Below, piece after piece: positions 37,866 to 51,875 of a stretch of 64,000 bases of DNA. A program made the position numbers and the translations under genes. Position 1 is the stretch's first letter. Each line of letters opens with the position of its first letter. Below the pieces are notes generated by a model, which saw only the letters and a program-made list of their open reading frames with translations, made no database searches and was not told the DNA's origin. The DNA comes from Callorhinchus milii (Eukaryota): the NCBI RefSeq assembly GCF_018977255.1, contig NW_024704742.1:105154001-105218000 (forward strand), read 5' to 3'.

Positions 37866-39093
37866 GTTGAATAAGGCACTGTAGTATCCACAATGTTAAT
37901 GACAGTTCAGCACACACTGGTTACAGCATTTCCCTTCTCTGAAAAGTAAAGAAAAAATAACATTTGTGCTGTCATCATTTTATTTAAAACATATAGGTTT
38001 GCATAGATTCAAGAAACCTTAAGTCACATCAATGCCTGCTTAACATCTTGGTTTTTAGTTTGGAAATTACTCTTACACTTCAACTTTGACTAATTTATTT
38101 TAAAAATCAAATTATAAGTTAACCAACATACTCAGCAATATAGTCTAATACCATGAATGTTGTTCAACTCTCTAACATACATTCAAGAAATGTTTCGACA
38201 TGATAAAATGCTGTTTCAAATACAGGAATTTCTTCACTTCAGAAGGTTGTTAAGAGTTTGGAATTCAATTCAATTTGGATTTAGAGGCAGTAGTAGTTTC
38301 ATAGACTGGATAGGCCAAATGGCTTCCTTCTGTGTCAAAAAAATTCAACTACAAATACAGTTACACCACTTTACAGAAAATTCTTCTGGGCTCCACTTGC
38401 CAAATCAGCATAATGCTCAGTCGTTCTGAGGAGGTCGTGTTCCCATACATCTTTTCTCAAATAAATAATCCTTTATGTAGCTCTGACAATGTTCAAATAT
38501 CTCAAAGTGCCTCGCATGAATTGTCACCAAATGTAGTGACTTCATATTTGTAAGCAAAACAGCAATTTGCCCACAACAAATAGCTATGGAAGATTGTTGG
38601 TCAGGATACCAGGAAACCTCTTCTCTCTTTTCGAACAGTGTCATGTGATATTCAATGTCAACCTGAACAGACGGATGGGAATTTTTAATATGTCATCCAA
38701 ATGACAGCATCTCCAACAAGTCGGCATTACCTCAGGATTACATTGGTGTCAGCCTAGATTGAGTTCAAACTCCTGATCTGTGATTTAAACCCTCAACCGT
38801 CTGACCCAGAGGGGAGATTTCTACCAACTGAACCAGGCTGAGCTTAGTGAAAGCAAGAAGATACTGTTTTAGACAAAGCAAAAAATATATCTTTACTCTT
38901 TTACATACTGCTACAAATATGGCTGTCAACAAAGTGATAACGATGAGACTGATAATAGAAATATCCGTTCACCCAAGTCATGGCTCACCAAGATTGTGAA
39001 GTCAGTGTGGACGTACTGCATTTTTTTTTAAAAAGTCTTTTTTTTAAAAAAAAGGAGTTGCCTGATAACCATATTGTTTTCTAAACCACAAAG

Positions 39094-39125
39094 GGTGTGT
39101 GTGTGTGTGTGTGTGGGGGGGGGGG
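39094..39125. repeat. (GT)n microsatellite followed by poly-G
   Basis: Seen directly. Confidence 0.9.
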
Positions 39126-42100
39126 AAGAGAAGACTGATTCAATCCCCATATTGCAGATGGTATGGATTCCACTATATAAAATTAGAGAGAGTACAAGAC
39201 TAGAATAGAAACAATTACTTACTTATTTCTTACGGAAACAATAAATCATCTTGGTGAAAAACGGAAGGGGTCATTCTTCATTACCATTTTTACCAGAGTT
39301 CCAATTACTCAGTGAAAGCAATGAGATAACATATTACTTTAATCTAAGCAAAAAAGTTCTCTCTCCTTTTTTAAATAATGCTACTAATATGTCTGGCACC
39401 TAATTAATAGTCAGAAACGCAAGATTGCAAAACTTATCGACAAACCTGCAAATTGTAATGCAAGCTTAAGGACCATGAAAGTTTTCTTTAACCCACAAAA
39501 ATAAAAACTGAGGGGAGAAGTTTAGGAGCTATTTTTGTGTAAGAAAAATTGAGGGGAAAATTGTTCCTCCACAAACAAAGAATAAATTGGGATTATTTTG
39601 TAACACTGAAAAAAACAGGCCAAACATTTGCAGCCTGAATTATAACATGAATTTGGGGTTATAAACCTGTGGCACTGCAGACCCCAATCACTACGCATGA
39701 TGCAGTTGACCTGTCTTTTGTATTAAACAGCCCCACCATATTGGGAATTTACTTATCCTAACCACCGTGGAGAGGGGGAGCGCCTGGGTGGGGGGGAGCA
39801 GGCGAGAAGGGAGAGAGTGTGAGTTAGAGAGGTGAGAAAGGAGGTGCAGGAGCGGGTACACGCGATGGGGAGAGAGAGAGAGAAAAACAAGAGAGAAGTT
39901 GTGAGGGCAGTTCTTCCTGGTTCACTGTCAGGATAGACGAGCAGAGTCTCCCTTGGCCATTGAAGGGAACCGAGGTGTGACACCGAGTGACGTGCAGTTT
40001 CCTCACAGAAAGCTCCCACTTTCCCCAGTGAGAATCTCCTCTATGTCCTTCATCCCCCCTTCCCCACCCTACCTCAACGTGCGATCTCCTGACCCTGACT
40101 GTTCCCTTTGCCCAGCGAACACTGGCTTGCTTCATGTCACCCCACCCCATCTGCCCCACCAACACCATTTTACTCCTCACTCTCTGGAGCTCCAGTCCCA
40201 GTCTCTCCGACTCGCTCCCTCCATCCTCTCTTTCAAGGCACATCAAGACCTAACTATTTGACCTTGTTTTCGGTCATCTTTTCCCCTCCCCACCTCCCTC
40301 AGCTCTCACCCAAAGCTCAGGTGCCCGGCCAACAATGTTGTGCACTTTGAAGCGTCCTTCCAACGTGAAAAGAGTGCTATGTAAATGTTATTATGGTCCT
40401 GGAAGGGAAACAAAAATATTGCTTGTGCAGCCTGCGGATGTTTCTCAAATAGGGCATCCGGCCCGCAATAGCCAAAATGTTGGACCACCCAGTTCTCGCC
40501 TAATACCTCCTGATCATTTTAACAAAAGTTTATTCCCAAACTTAGTTTCTTTAAAGAAACTATTTCCTCATAAATTAGGTCCTCCTAATTCACTGATTTA
40601 TTCTTCTCTATATCCTTTCCAATAGATCCTTTTTGATGGTTATATTTGCCAGAGAGGGCTGACAGCCTTAACAACATAAAGCAAAATCCTTTTGTGCCAG
40701 TCTCCACTGCTGTGGACTCCATGGTAAAGGTAAAAAACTGATCATAAGATCATGGCTTGATATTATAAAACAATTAATTCCACGATCATCCGTTTTTTTC
40801 CATTCAATTATGGAGTTCTGCAGTGTTAAAGTATTAAAGTTAAAGTATTCGCCTCACAAGTGAGAAGATCTGGGCAGAGCGAAACTTTCGGCAAATTTCC
40901 TTACTCCACACTCCTCCATTAACCTAGCAGTAAGTTGGAACTTTGTTGTTAGTCGACTGGTGAATCACTTTCCGGGGGTAATAATCAGTTAAAAAAAAGC
41001 TTTTTTCTTTCAAACTTGCTTCTCTCTATGGTTAATTTTACTGTTTATTTTCAAGTGCTGCAGGCCTCTTCCCACAGTCCTTATAATATGTACTGTCCTT
41101 CTAATAATTGCGACACTACTGTGCATAATTGGCTGCCATGTTTCACCCACAAATATACAGTCAATTCACTTTACAGTATATTTCGTGAAGTGTTTTGAGA
41201 CATCTAGAAGGCGTGAAAAGCGCCATATCAAAATGCAAGGAGTATTATTAATATCTCTATAAACCCTCAGGACAGAATCTCCTTTATTCACACCATTTCA
41301 TTTTAGGTGTCAGCCTAGTTCAGTTGCAAGCACCCTCATCTCAAGATCCGAAGGGTTTAAACCCACAACAGGATTTGAGTTGTATTTCAGGCTGGTAGTC
41401 CAATGCAGTTCTGGAGCAAACACTGCAATGGAAATATGCCATCCTTTGTATGAGACATTAAACCAAGCTACTGTCAGCGTGTTAGGTGATTATTAAAGAT
41501 CTTAGGACTCTATTCAAAAAGAAGTGTTTCTCTTAATGTCCTGGTCAAACATCTTCAAAATAACAATTGCATTGCTATTGAACCTTTCACATTGCAAGGT
41601 TGTCTCAAAGAGCTTCCCACAGCTGTAATTAACTGTGGATAAAATTGGGGCTACAGCTGAACAATAAATTGCTCATTCACTTCATTGTTGGGATAAAAAG
41701 CAGGAGTGAATTATTGAAATGTGATCAGATCAGAAGTGAATTACAAAAAAATTGTTTCAGTTAATTTTGGTATGTTTATGCTTGTTAGCTAATGTCAAGC
41801 TGACTTGCAGAATTTTGAGTATAAAATTATTAAAATGTTGCAAAAGAAACGCCCACTCTCATCAGCGTTTCCAAACCAAGAGAACCTTTGTCTGGTGCCT
41901 ATGAACTGTGATAGTCATCCCAGTGACAAAATACATGTAACCATAATATTGCCTATTGTTAGCCTGCTTATTCAATTAATGCAACACTATACATCTTTTT
42001 GCCTCAGTAATTAAATAAGCTATTAAACATACAATGCAAGTGACGTTGGTTCCTTTGTTTTCAGATTCCCGACTCTATACTTTGGCAATCTAGAACAGCT

Positions 42101-45100
42101 ATTCTATTCTGGCTGCACTTTATTGACAGGCGAAGTAGTGTGGTTATTCTCTGGCCGACTTGCAGGAAAAGCAGAGCGGTTAATTCCATTCTAGTCATCC
42201 CTTTGAAGCTAACAGGACCTTGCTTGCTGTGGGTCCGAAATGGGTCCTAGCTGGACAAGTACTAGGAAGTTTGCCAGACAGTGCTTTCAATAGAAAGCTA
42301 TGCAGTTTTAGCTGATTAAACTCCAGCAGTTCCTCAACGCATACTCCAGGGTTTCCAATCCTTGGCTTTTGCCAGTCTGTGCCTGATATTCTCCAGAATT
42401 ATGCAAGCAAAAAGTGTCCTTCCGGGGAAAGAGTGCGCATGCCGTTCCAAATATGAATTTTCATGGAAGCATAGTGATGAATTTCCACATGTCAGACACC
42501 CAGTTGACCAAACAATAAATTGGCTGTCATGTTTGCCTATAACAAGTCATTAAACTTTATTTCAACTCTCTATGAAGCACTTTAAGAAGTTACATTGAAA
42601 GGGTTATTTTTATCCAAAGTGGTATACACACCCATGGCTGTTTGTGAGACACTAGTCTGCGCAATTGACTGCTGTATTTCGCCCACAAAATATACAGTAC
42701 TTGACAGTACATTCTGTGAAGCACTTGAGACTCAAAGACGTGATAAGGCATTACATCAAATGCAAGGATTATTATTATTATTATTATTTCAGCGCCTTGG
42801 GACGTCCTCCTGACGTGAAAGGCGCTTTATAAATGGAATCTTGTTGTTGTTGTTGTATTATATCAAAGATAGTGATACAGTAAGTGGGTAGCAAAATCCT
42901 CTCCATCTTTTGGACCCATACTGAATCTTGTCTTACCAAGCTTCTATTGTGCCTCTAGGAACATAAGAATTAGGAGCTGGAGTAGGCCATTCGGCCCCTC
43001 GAGCCTGCCCCGCCATTCAATAAGATCATGGCTGATCTTCTCACCTAACTCCATCTGCCCGCTTTATCCCCATAATCCTTAATGCCTCTGTTCTCAGATC
43101 CTCGACTTAGTCCTAGATGAGAGCTAACTTTCTTCAGTAGATTGGCTCCCATCAGCGCCTCCACATCACCGTCCATGGTTGCACACTGCACCTTACTAAG
43201 CCAGTCAGGAACCTTGGCATCTTGTTTGACCCTCAACTATACTTTCTACCCACATCCATGCCATGACCCGCTCTGCCTTCCCCACATCGCCCAGCTCCAC
43301 CACTGTCTCACCGCAGGCCACCAAAACCCTCATATATGCATTTATAACATTGAGGCTTGACTAAGCAAAGTCCCTGCTTGTCGGCCTCCCCAACTCCTCC
43401 CTCCATAGGCTGCAGATCATCCAGAACTCTGCAGCCCGTGTCCTCTCCCGCCTCACCAATGGCAGACGGGCTTTCTGCCACTCTGCTCACGCCCTCTGAA
43501 ACTCTAATCCGCAGTCCCTCCATCTCGCCCCCCTCCCTTGCCTCCTTCAAGACTCATCTCCACTCCTCTTTGACCATGCTTTCAATTACCCTACTATCAA
43601 TTCCTCCCCTGCTCGCCACCCTCCCCAATGCCGACCCCCAGCTCAGGTCTGAAACAGTGACTGTCCACTGCCCTGGATCCTAGGTCAGGCTGTCTCATTA
43701 ACTCTCTTTGTGTGCGCTGCTTAGAAGTGCATATTGAGCATGTTTTACAAGCATTACTGTGAATTGGAGTGACTTTGTATTTGTAGGTAAACTCGGCAGC
43801 ATAATTGCACACAGCAATGTCTCAAACAGCTATGAAATGAATGACCCAATTTTATTTGGATAAAGTGACTTCAGTCATCATTTAAAAGCATACGTGAAAC
43901 CGTGTAGTTTCTTTTCCATGGTTGCAGTAAACAATCGCATTATGCTTTCAACAACAACTTGCACTTATATAGCATCCTTTACACAGAGTAGTCTCTGAAC
44001 CTCAAGGTTGGGTTAAATTTGTCCCAGGTTCAGCCACATTCTTCAATCTCTCTCATTCTCTTATCTGGCCACATAGTCATATGGGTTCTCCCTCCTTTAT
44101 GGAACAAACGTTTCAATCTTATTTGCATTCATTCTATTTTGCTATGATTTGAACTTACTTTCCCCAGCTATCCTTCGTACCCCACATCCGGTCCCTGGCC
44201 AGGGTGGCTTTCCTCCACCTATGCCACATTGCTCGCTTCCGTCCATAACTCACTCCAAATGCTGCCAAAAAGTCTCGTGCACACCTTCATCACCACCCGC
44301 ATTACCTATTCAAACGTCCTCCTCACCAGTCTCCTCTGCTTTACTATCTCTCCAACCTGCTCTCTCCCCTACTCTACTGCCTGCTGCCTCTGCTCCACTG
44401 GCTCCAGCCTCCTCCTTGTCCCCCAGACACTCCGCCCCACCATCGCCAGCTGTTCCTTCAGCCACTACGCCCTGACACTGTAGAACACTCTCCCTCAATC
44501 CCTTCGCCTTGGCCCCTCTCTCCCCACTTTCAGGTCGTGCTTGAAGAACTTCCTCTTCAACCAAGCCTGCGGTCACCTTCCCCCTGGCTCGGAAACGGGC
44601 TCTGCCGGCGCTCCGAGACGCCATCCAGCATGAAGGCTGCTATATAAATGCAAGTTGATGTTTCTGTAAGGAGCTGATCACTTTGAAAATCTTTTGATAT
44701 AAATTGAAAATTGATTTGATAAATTCTATAAACATACATAAACTGGGAAAATGGCTGATAAATTTAGAATCACATAGTTAATGGATTTCGCCTTTGAAAT
44801 ACTAATTTTAACATGTTAGAAAAGAACCATATAGAATACAACTTGCCAAGTACCATACACAATCTGGTCATGCAATACAAAATTTAAATTTATATTTTGT
44901 TTTTCACAATGGGAGAACGTCCGAAGGCATTTGATATCCTCCCAACACCCCAAGAGCACTTCAATGGCATTGTACGTTTTGAAAGATGATAAAAGTCTGA
45001 AGCTTGAAATCAAGTTACTTTCTAGTCTCTTAAGTTTGCCTCTTTGACCATATTAGGAACAGCAGTAGACAAAAAAAATTCAGAGGAATTCAAACATCTC

Positions 45101-48100
45101 GACTGTGACAATGACTCCAAATTCATAATTAGTCATGCATTCATAAAACCTCAGCATCTGCTGCTCTGTGATCGACAGGGCAGATCAAATGCATTTTAAA
45201 CACTGATGTGGATCCAGTGCTGATTTCTTTCCTTCAACTAAAAAAATGTATATTGTGAGCTGAATATTAGAATTAATACACAGAAACAAAGATGGCTATG
45301 CAATGTATTCATAGTTTGTAAAATGTAAAGCTGCATATTGCCGAAACACAAGTTAATTGATAGTCTATGGTAGAGTACAAATTTATCCTTGGAAAATCAT
45401 TCTGTATTTAATTTGGTACACTTTAGCTGCTAAAAAGTGATCACAGAAACTTTGTCACTTATTAAATAGAATATTTCCTCACATTATTTGTAATCATAAA
45501 TAAAATTAGATGTGCAAAATCAATATTATAAACCAAGAATAGATGAAAGAAAACACGCAATAGTTTATTTTTCATGAGCGGTTTGATCTGAATAAGTCGC
45601 AAGTGAAATTAATTAAGTTATTAGCAACACCAGGGATAAAGATACTATCTCCACAGCTTCTTACTGCGTATGGTTTATAAAATACATTAGGTAAGTAACT
45701 AAACCAATAAAATTTAGCTTCATTTTGAATGAAAAGTAAACTGATGCATGGACGAATTCTAGTGACATTCTTGTGAAATGACTTCCTCCACAAACAGTGT
45801 GCACTTTGTTTTCGATGGTGGCTTGCCCACAAAATATGAGACTTAATAGCTTTGTTTGATACCGATTAAAGAACTAGTATTGATAAAAGATCAGTAAAAT
45901 TTCATTGAGGTCTACGTCTTACTAGACCCATTAAGCAAAAAAAATTCTAAAGTACTTATAATTATGGCGAATAATTTTAGTCTTCCTCAATTTGGTCACA
46001 CATATTCTACTTAATACTTCCTCTGTGTTTTCCCAGAAAATACCGCTAACTCAAATTTTTATAGTCCCGTAGTCTGATCTTTTACTTCTTCATTCTTCTG
46101 TTGGGTTTCCACTTAACTCTCAAGAGGGCTTCCTGTTTTCATTTCCCTTCCATTCATACAAAAGATTATCACAGACTATCATTCTCTATTTCTGTATCCT
46201 TCTTAGAAACTTTTTTTCCTCATTCAACTTCTATAATTTAATTTAGAGATTAACATTCTCATAAAACAGAAAAGAATCAGAGTTGAGGAGTTGGAGAGCA
46301 AATACTCACTGCTTGTAGTCAAGCAAGAAGTGTGCAACAGCAACCGAAAATAATGAAAAAGCCAGTGAACAAAGTGGTTACGAACATTACCTGCATTATC
46401 TGATAAAATACCAGAACAGTTAGATTAAGGCTTTTGCAGCAGCACACCCACAGCATGATTTGAGTCACAGTTAAAAAACACATGCTGCCACAATCGAAAG
46501 ATTAAGTGAGATAAGCAACCAAACTTCGAAGCCACAAGAGCAGCACGGATTCAGGCGACTGTCACAGAGATCAAAGTAACCTTCACAAGCAAAATTTAAT
46601 TCCAATCAATTCCCCCGACTGACACACTGAGGCTATTGCCTACCCTTAGAACGCTTCCAACTCTACAATCTCCAGCAGGCAAAAACAATTTCAGGTCGGC
46701 TGACTGAAAATCTCACTATTTGTGCGTGGATTTAGACAACAGAAATAAGAATTACATTGAATTTTACACCACCAAACCAGGCCATTTGGCCCAACTAGTC
46801 TTTACCAGTGTTTATACTCAACATGAACCTCCATCCATTCTAATTCCTCCTCCCTAGCCTTTCGCTATACCAGTCTGTTTCTTTTTTATTTATTTCAAAC
46901 TTTTCAAACTCAACTGTACATGCAGAACAAAAAAAAGTTTGGATTATGTTTTAACGAGGAAAAAACAGTTTTAAAGTCAGTTGTTTATTAACTTTGCAAC
47001 TTCTCCCAATCTCCACGTGAGTTAAGATTTAGTGTTAAAAATGTGTTCTTTCTTGAGCTAACTGATTCAGCAGAGACAGAAGTCGTTCCTCTCACTTGCG
47101 AGGCGAGCGTGCTAACCACTAAGATACAGAACTCCAAGTTAGGAAAGGTATGGGGGGGGAAACAGTCAGGGTTCTTGCCCCTGATTACTATCCAGTGACT
47201 CTGAATTGGGTTTGATGACTATCCAACCAGCCCTCTGCAGTCACAAAGCGTGCCAACATTCACTATCAAGATTCACACATGCTGGCCATCTGGGCAACAT
47301 ACCAGAGGGTGCCAACAAAACAATACCTCCACTGAAAGGAAATATGGGTCAAATGTATTCAGGGAGTGGAAGCAAAAGAGAATTGGAGCAGAAAACATAG
47401 AAAAGAAAATTCAAAATTTCCAAATACAATTGGATGCCAATTTATTTCCTTTATTTTTTTTTCCCAAATAGCAACAAATGTCAGCTTTAAATAACAGTCA
47501 AGCACACAGAGATATTGATCAACTGTAGGGCAAAAAATGAACTGTGTACAAGAGCAAGAAAGACACCTCACATAAGTCAATAAGTTCCTAGTAGGGAGTT
47601 AATTAAAAATGGACATCAATTAATAAGATTGGCCCCAAAGGATTGAATGTTGTGAACATCCCAATCTCGCATTCAAACCCAAGAAATCTACCATTCAAAC
47701 CTACCACGTTATATCAGAATTCCATTGTGTATACCAATTTGGTGAGGAAATCAATTGAAGTATATAATAAGAGCAATGAGAAAATGGCTGTTTTCTAGGT
47801 TGTCAAATCATTACGGGAAATGTCACTGAAAGTGTGTGGCTTACAGAGAGTGACATCAGCAGCAACCTGGTGACACAGAAGGTGTGTTTTTTTAAATTGA
47901 GCATAGTATGTCAGCTAACTTAGTGTTCTGCTCCACAGTGATCCTGTGCAAAAGGTGAAGCCACACAAAACCAGGGAGCTTTGTTACAGGGTTGCTCCGT
48001 GTTTGTACTCTGGGGTGGCTGGACTAGCCTTTTTCAGTCCTGTGCAGATCTTTGTTCCTTTGTAAAGAATATTGGACCTCAGGATTGTTAACTTTTATTG

Positions 48101-48554
48101 AATTTCATTTTTTAAAAATCCTTTTTGCCATTGCTCGTGGAATTAAGCTTAATCATCCAAAATTCCAATTAGACTTGCTTATGCTCCCTAAAACAAATAG
48201 AGCATTTTAAATCAGATCAAGATGTAATGTACTGAGACCTTCTCACAACTGTAAGTTACCAGAATTAAGTTTCCAACACTGCACCCCCAAATCAATTTTA
48301 AACAAAACGTATGAACGCATGAGGAGTTTTAATTTATACTCTGTAAATACTTTCTTATTTTAAATGTAATAAACTAACATGCTCATGTCAAGTTTCAGAT
48401 CCCAGGGATGGATAAATTGCACTTCAAGGTTCCTTCTCTTTCTTCCCCCACCCCCATAAAAAGGTACAAATCATATTATTTTTATTTTGCTTCCTTTTGA
48501 CTCCACCCCGTGTGTGGAGTGATATATAATTGGAGGTTGGTTGTTGTTGGCCAA

Positions 48555-48596
48555 ATACAAGTATGACCAGAAAGATACAAGTATGACCAGAAAGAT
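48555..48596. repeat. 20-bp perfect tandem duplication (atacaagtatgaccagaaag x2)
   Basis: Seen directly. Confidence 0.9.
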
Positions 48597-48809
48597 GGGC
48601 TGAAAACTAATTCTTCAGTCAAATGCACTCTAAACATTCAACGTGAAGTTGTATCTAGCAACTTTGGGATGTCCTCCCGACGTGAAAGGCGCTCTATAAT
48701 TGTAATTTTGCTGCTGTTGTTGTAGCAACTCAACAGAGCTGATACCAAGAAGTCACAAACACTGAAGTTCAAGAAAGGCATGCATCTCAACTGGTCTGTG
48801 CATAAAATT

Positions 48810-49175
48810 AATAATAATAATAATGGTTGGATTTGATATAGCACCTTATCACGTCTTCGAGACGTCTCAAAGCACATCACAGAATATAATGTGGAGTGAA
48901 CTGACTGTATATTTTGTGGGCAAAGCCCGGCAGCCAGTTGCTCACAGCAGTGTCCCACAAATTGAGTGACCAAGTTATTCTTTTTTTACAAAAAGGGATT
49001 ATTACCCCCAGAAAAGCCACCTGCCAATTGACTAACAATGGGGCTCCTACTTTCTGCTCTGTAAACAGAGGCATGTGACGCGAGGAAACTTGCTAACGTT
49101 TCACCCTGTCCAGGAATCACACCAGGGTCCTGTCACTTGCAAGGCGAGTGCTCTAACCAATACGCTACAGGAATC
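48810..49175 (-). mobile_element. tRNA-headed SINE, longer subfamily
   Basis: Head, extra internal segment, core and tail all recognisable. Confidence 0.85.
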
Positions 49176-51359
49176 CACTGCTCTAACCAAAAAGGTACAG
49201 AACTCCAAAGTATTACAACCATTTTCAAAGTTACCTTGAAAAGTTATATTTCCCAACTGGTCAACAGAAAATAAAACAAAAGGGTAATCTGAAATTTGGC
49301 CACATTCAAATAAAGTTTAAAAAACACATATCAACAACTGTATTTAAGAACCATCTGGCTTGTAAAGCCATACTACTTGTTGCTGAAATTGCAGTTCTCA
49401 GAACTCCACCTTTTCACTGTCACAGGTAGAAGCCAAGTACTTGGAATCAGCTTTTCTTGCATCAAATGGAATTAAATATCAAAACAGTTGTTTTTTTAAA
49501 AAAGACTGAACTTGTATAGTATTGCATGGAATGAACATCCCAAAATACTTTTGAAAATCATTACAGACATTTGTGGGACATTGCTGTGTACAAATTGGCT
49601 GCTGCATGCATTTACATGGTCTCTGTGCTTAACACTGAATCATGTGAAGCACTCAGAGACATTTTAATGATGTGATAAAGAGCTATATCAAATGCAAGAA
49701 TTATAGCTGATTCAATGTTCTTAACACTGTAGAACATGCTTCATTGCTACATAGATTTGCTTATAAGGTTGGGGTGTGAAGTCGAATATTTACTTTCAAA
49801 ATCCAAAATGTGGGCAGAAAGCCAGCTGGCAAGCCACTTTAAAAAGCCGGCAAGCATTCCACATGCTATAAAATATCTAATAATGCATTTTCAGTTGTGA
49901 CATTAACAACACTACAAGTGCTGTCTGAAACTTGCTCAGTGTGAAAGTGAAAACTGCCAAATCTGATTATGATTTTGGAAGATAGACTCCTTAAGTAATA
50001 CAATGAATAGCCTTCTCATATACCAAATAGCTTGTACACCTGGCTGCATAATAAAAAGCAATAAAATCACAAGTGTCATACGTGATTAGATTAGCTGATA
50101 TTATTACAAAATGCTCTTTTGTCACATATGGGTCAATGACTTGTTCTCGATTTCTACATTTACAACAACAACAAGATTCCATTTATAGAGCGCCTTTCAC
50201 GTCGGGAGGACGTCCCAAGGCGCTGAAAGGCGCTTTACATTCTGTAGTAATAAACTGCATAGATAACCAACATTCAAACAATCCCTATGTTCAACACAAT
50301 TAAAAAGCTATGTCAATTACATTAAAAAAAATTACAGCTGTATTTTTTGAACAATGATCTTTTCAATCAACCTTTTAAACATTTCATCTACTTTGACCAA
50401 TTGACATATCAAGTTTATATCATACAACACCACGAGGACAATTCTACTCAACTAAACTGCACATTTTAGGAAGATGTGTATAGGAAGACCTATATACATT
50501 GTAAAATAGAATAGCAACAAAAATGTTAACTTAGTCACAATAATAATTCTTGCATTTGATATAGTGCCTTATCACAACTTCGAGACATATTGAATTATTG
50601 ACCCACTGCATTGCAACATTGAAAATTAAAAGTAATTGCAATATTTTCACAAAACTCAAGTAAAATGCATTTTTTGTTTAAAAAAATCATTTCTTTAAAA
50701 AGTGCCACAGCAGGAACTAATGTATAAAAAGTATTTTTTTTCTTTTAAACAGAAAAATGGCAGTAGTCAAGTTTGTATTCCAGCTTTTTCTAAATTACTT
50801 CACACTAACACACATGCCCATTTATTAGGAAGGAACTGAATCATGCACTAAGTATTTCTTTCAACACATTCTATGCACCACATAGAAATGTTATCTTTCC
50901 TCCCCCCAATTTAAAGCAAACTGCACAAACAACCCACGTTTAGGGTGGTGCTGGGTACTTGAAACAGAAATTATGAAAATATATAAATGAACATAAAATC
51001 CCAAATTGTAAGTTAAAAATCAATCTGAAATGAAAAATCAGTCAGTAAAGTATGGAAAACTTAGTTTTGAACAGGCAGGTGATAGACCAACTGTTCTACA
51101 CAAACCAATGTACCTCAACAGAAATTTACAGCAGAGAAAAAGGGCATCATTTTGATGTACCCACAAAACACAGTCACTCCACCTTACACAACATCATGTG
51201 TGGCGCTCCGAGACATCCTCCCGTTATAAAGGCACTGCACTAAATCTAAAGGTTACTATTAGAAGTATTATAATGTAATGAAGTGTTTCAAGACCTCAAT
51301 GTTGCCAACAGCTGAGTCTCTGCCATCCCATGACCTGAACTGGCGCCTCCAGGATACCT

Positions 51360-51875
51360 GTACCTGAGCGGCTCCTCTCTGTGGTGTACCTGAGCGACTC
51401 CTCTGTGTTGTGTACCTGAGCGGCTCCTCTGTGTTGTGTACCTGAGCGACTCCTCTGTGTTGTGTACCTGAGCGACTCCTCTGTGTTGTGTACCTGAGCG
51501 ACTCCTCTGTGTTGTGTACCTGAGCGACTCCTCTGTGTTGTGTACCTGAGCGACTCCTCTGTGTTGTGTACCTGAGCGACTCCTCTGTGTTGTGTACCTG
51601 AGCGGCTCCTCTCTGTTGTGTACCTGAGCGGCTCCTCTGTGTTGTGTACCTGAGCGGCTCCTCTGTGTTGTGTACCTGAGCGACTCCTCTCTGTTGTGTA
51701 CCTGAGCGACTCCTCTCTGTTGTGTACCTGAGCGACTCCTCTGTGTTGTGTACCTGAGCGGCTCCTCTGTGTTGTGTACCTGAGCGACTCCTCTGTGTTG
51801 TGTACCTGAGCGACTCCTCTCTGTTGTGTACCTGAGCGACTCCTCTGTGTTGTGTACCTGAGCGGCTCCTCTCTG
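51360..51875. repeat. Minisatellite, 26-bp unit GTACCTGAGCG(A/G)CTCCTCT(G/C)TGTTGT, about 20 copies
   Basis: Unit starts every 26 bp from 51360 to 51854; the last copy is partial. Two dimorphic positions. Confidence 0.98.

Noticed and set aside
46391..46570. Second non-coding FER exon (donor CAG|GTAATG at 46390)
   Set aside because: A good donor alone is insufficient; there is no clear acceptor or homology support without transcript data.
51360..51875. CRISPR array
   Set aside because: Head-to-tail 26-bp units with no unique spacers, in a vertebrate gene context with no cas genes.
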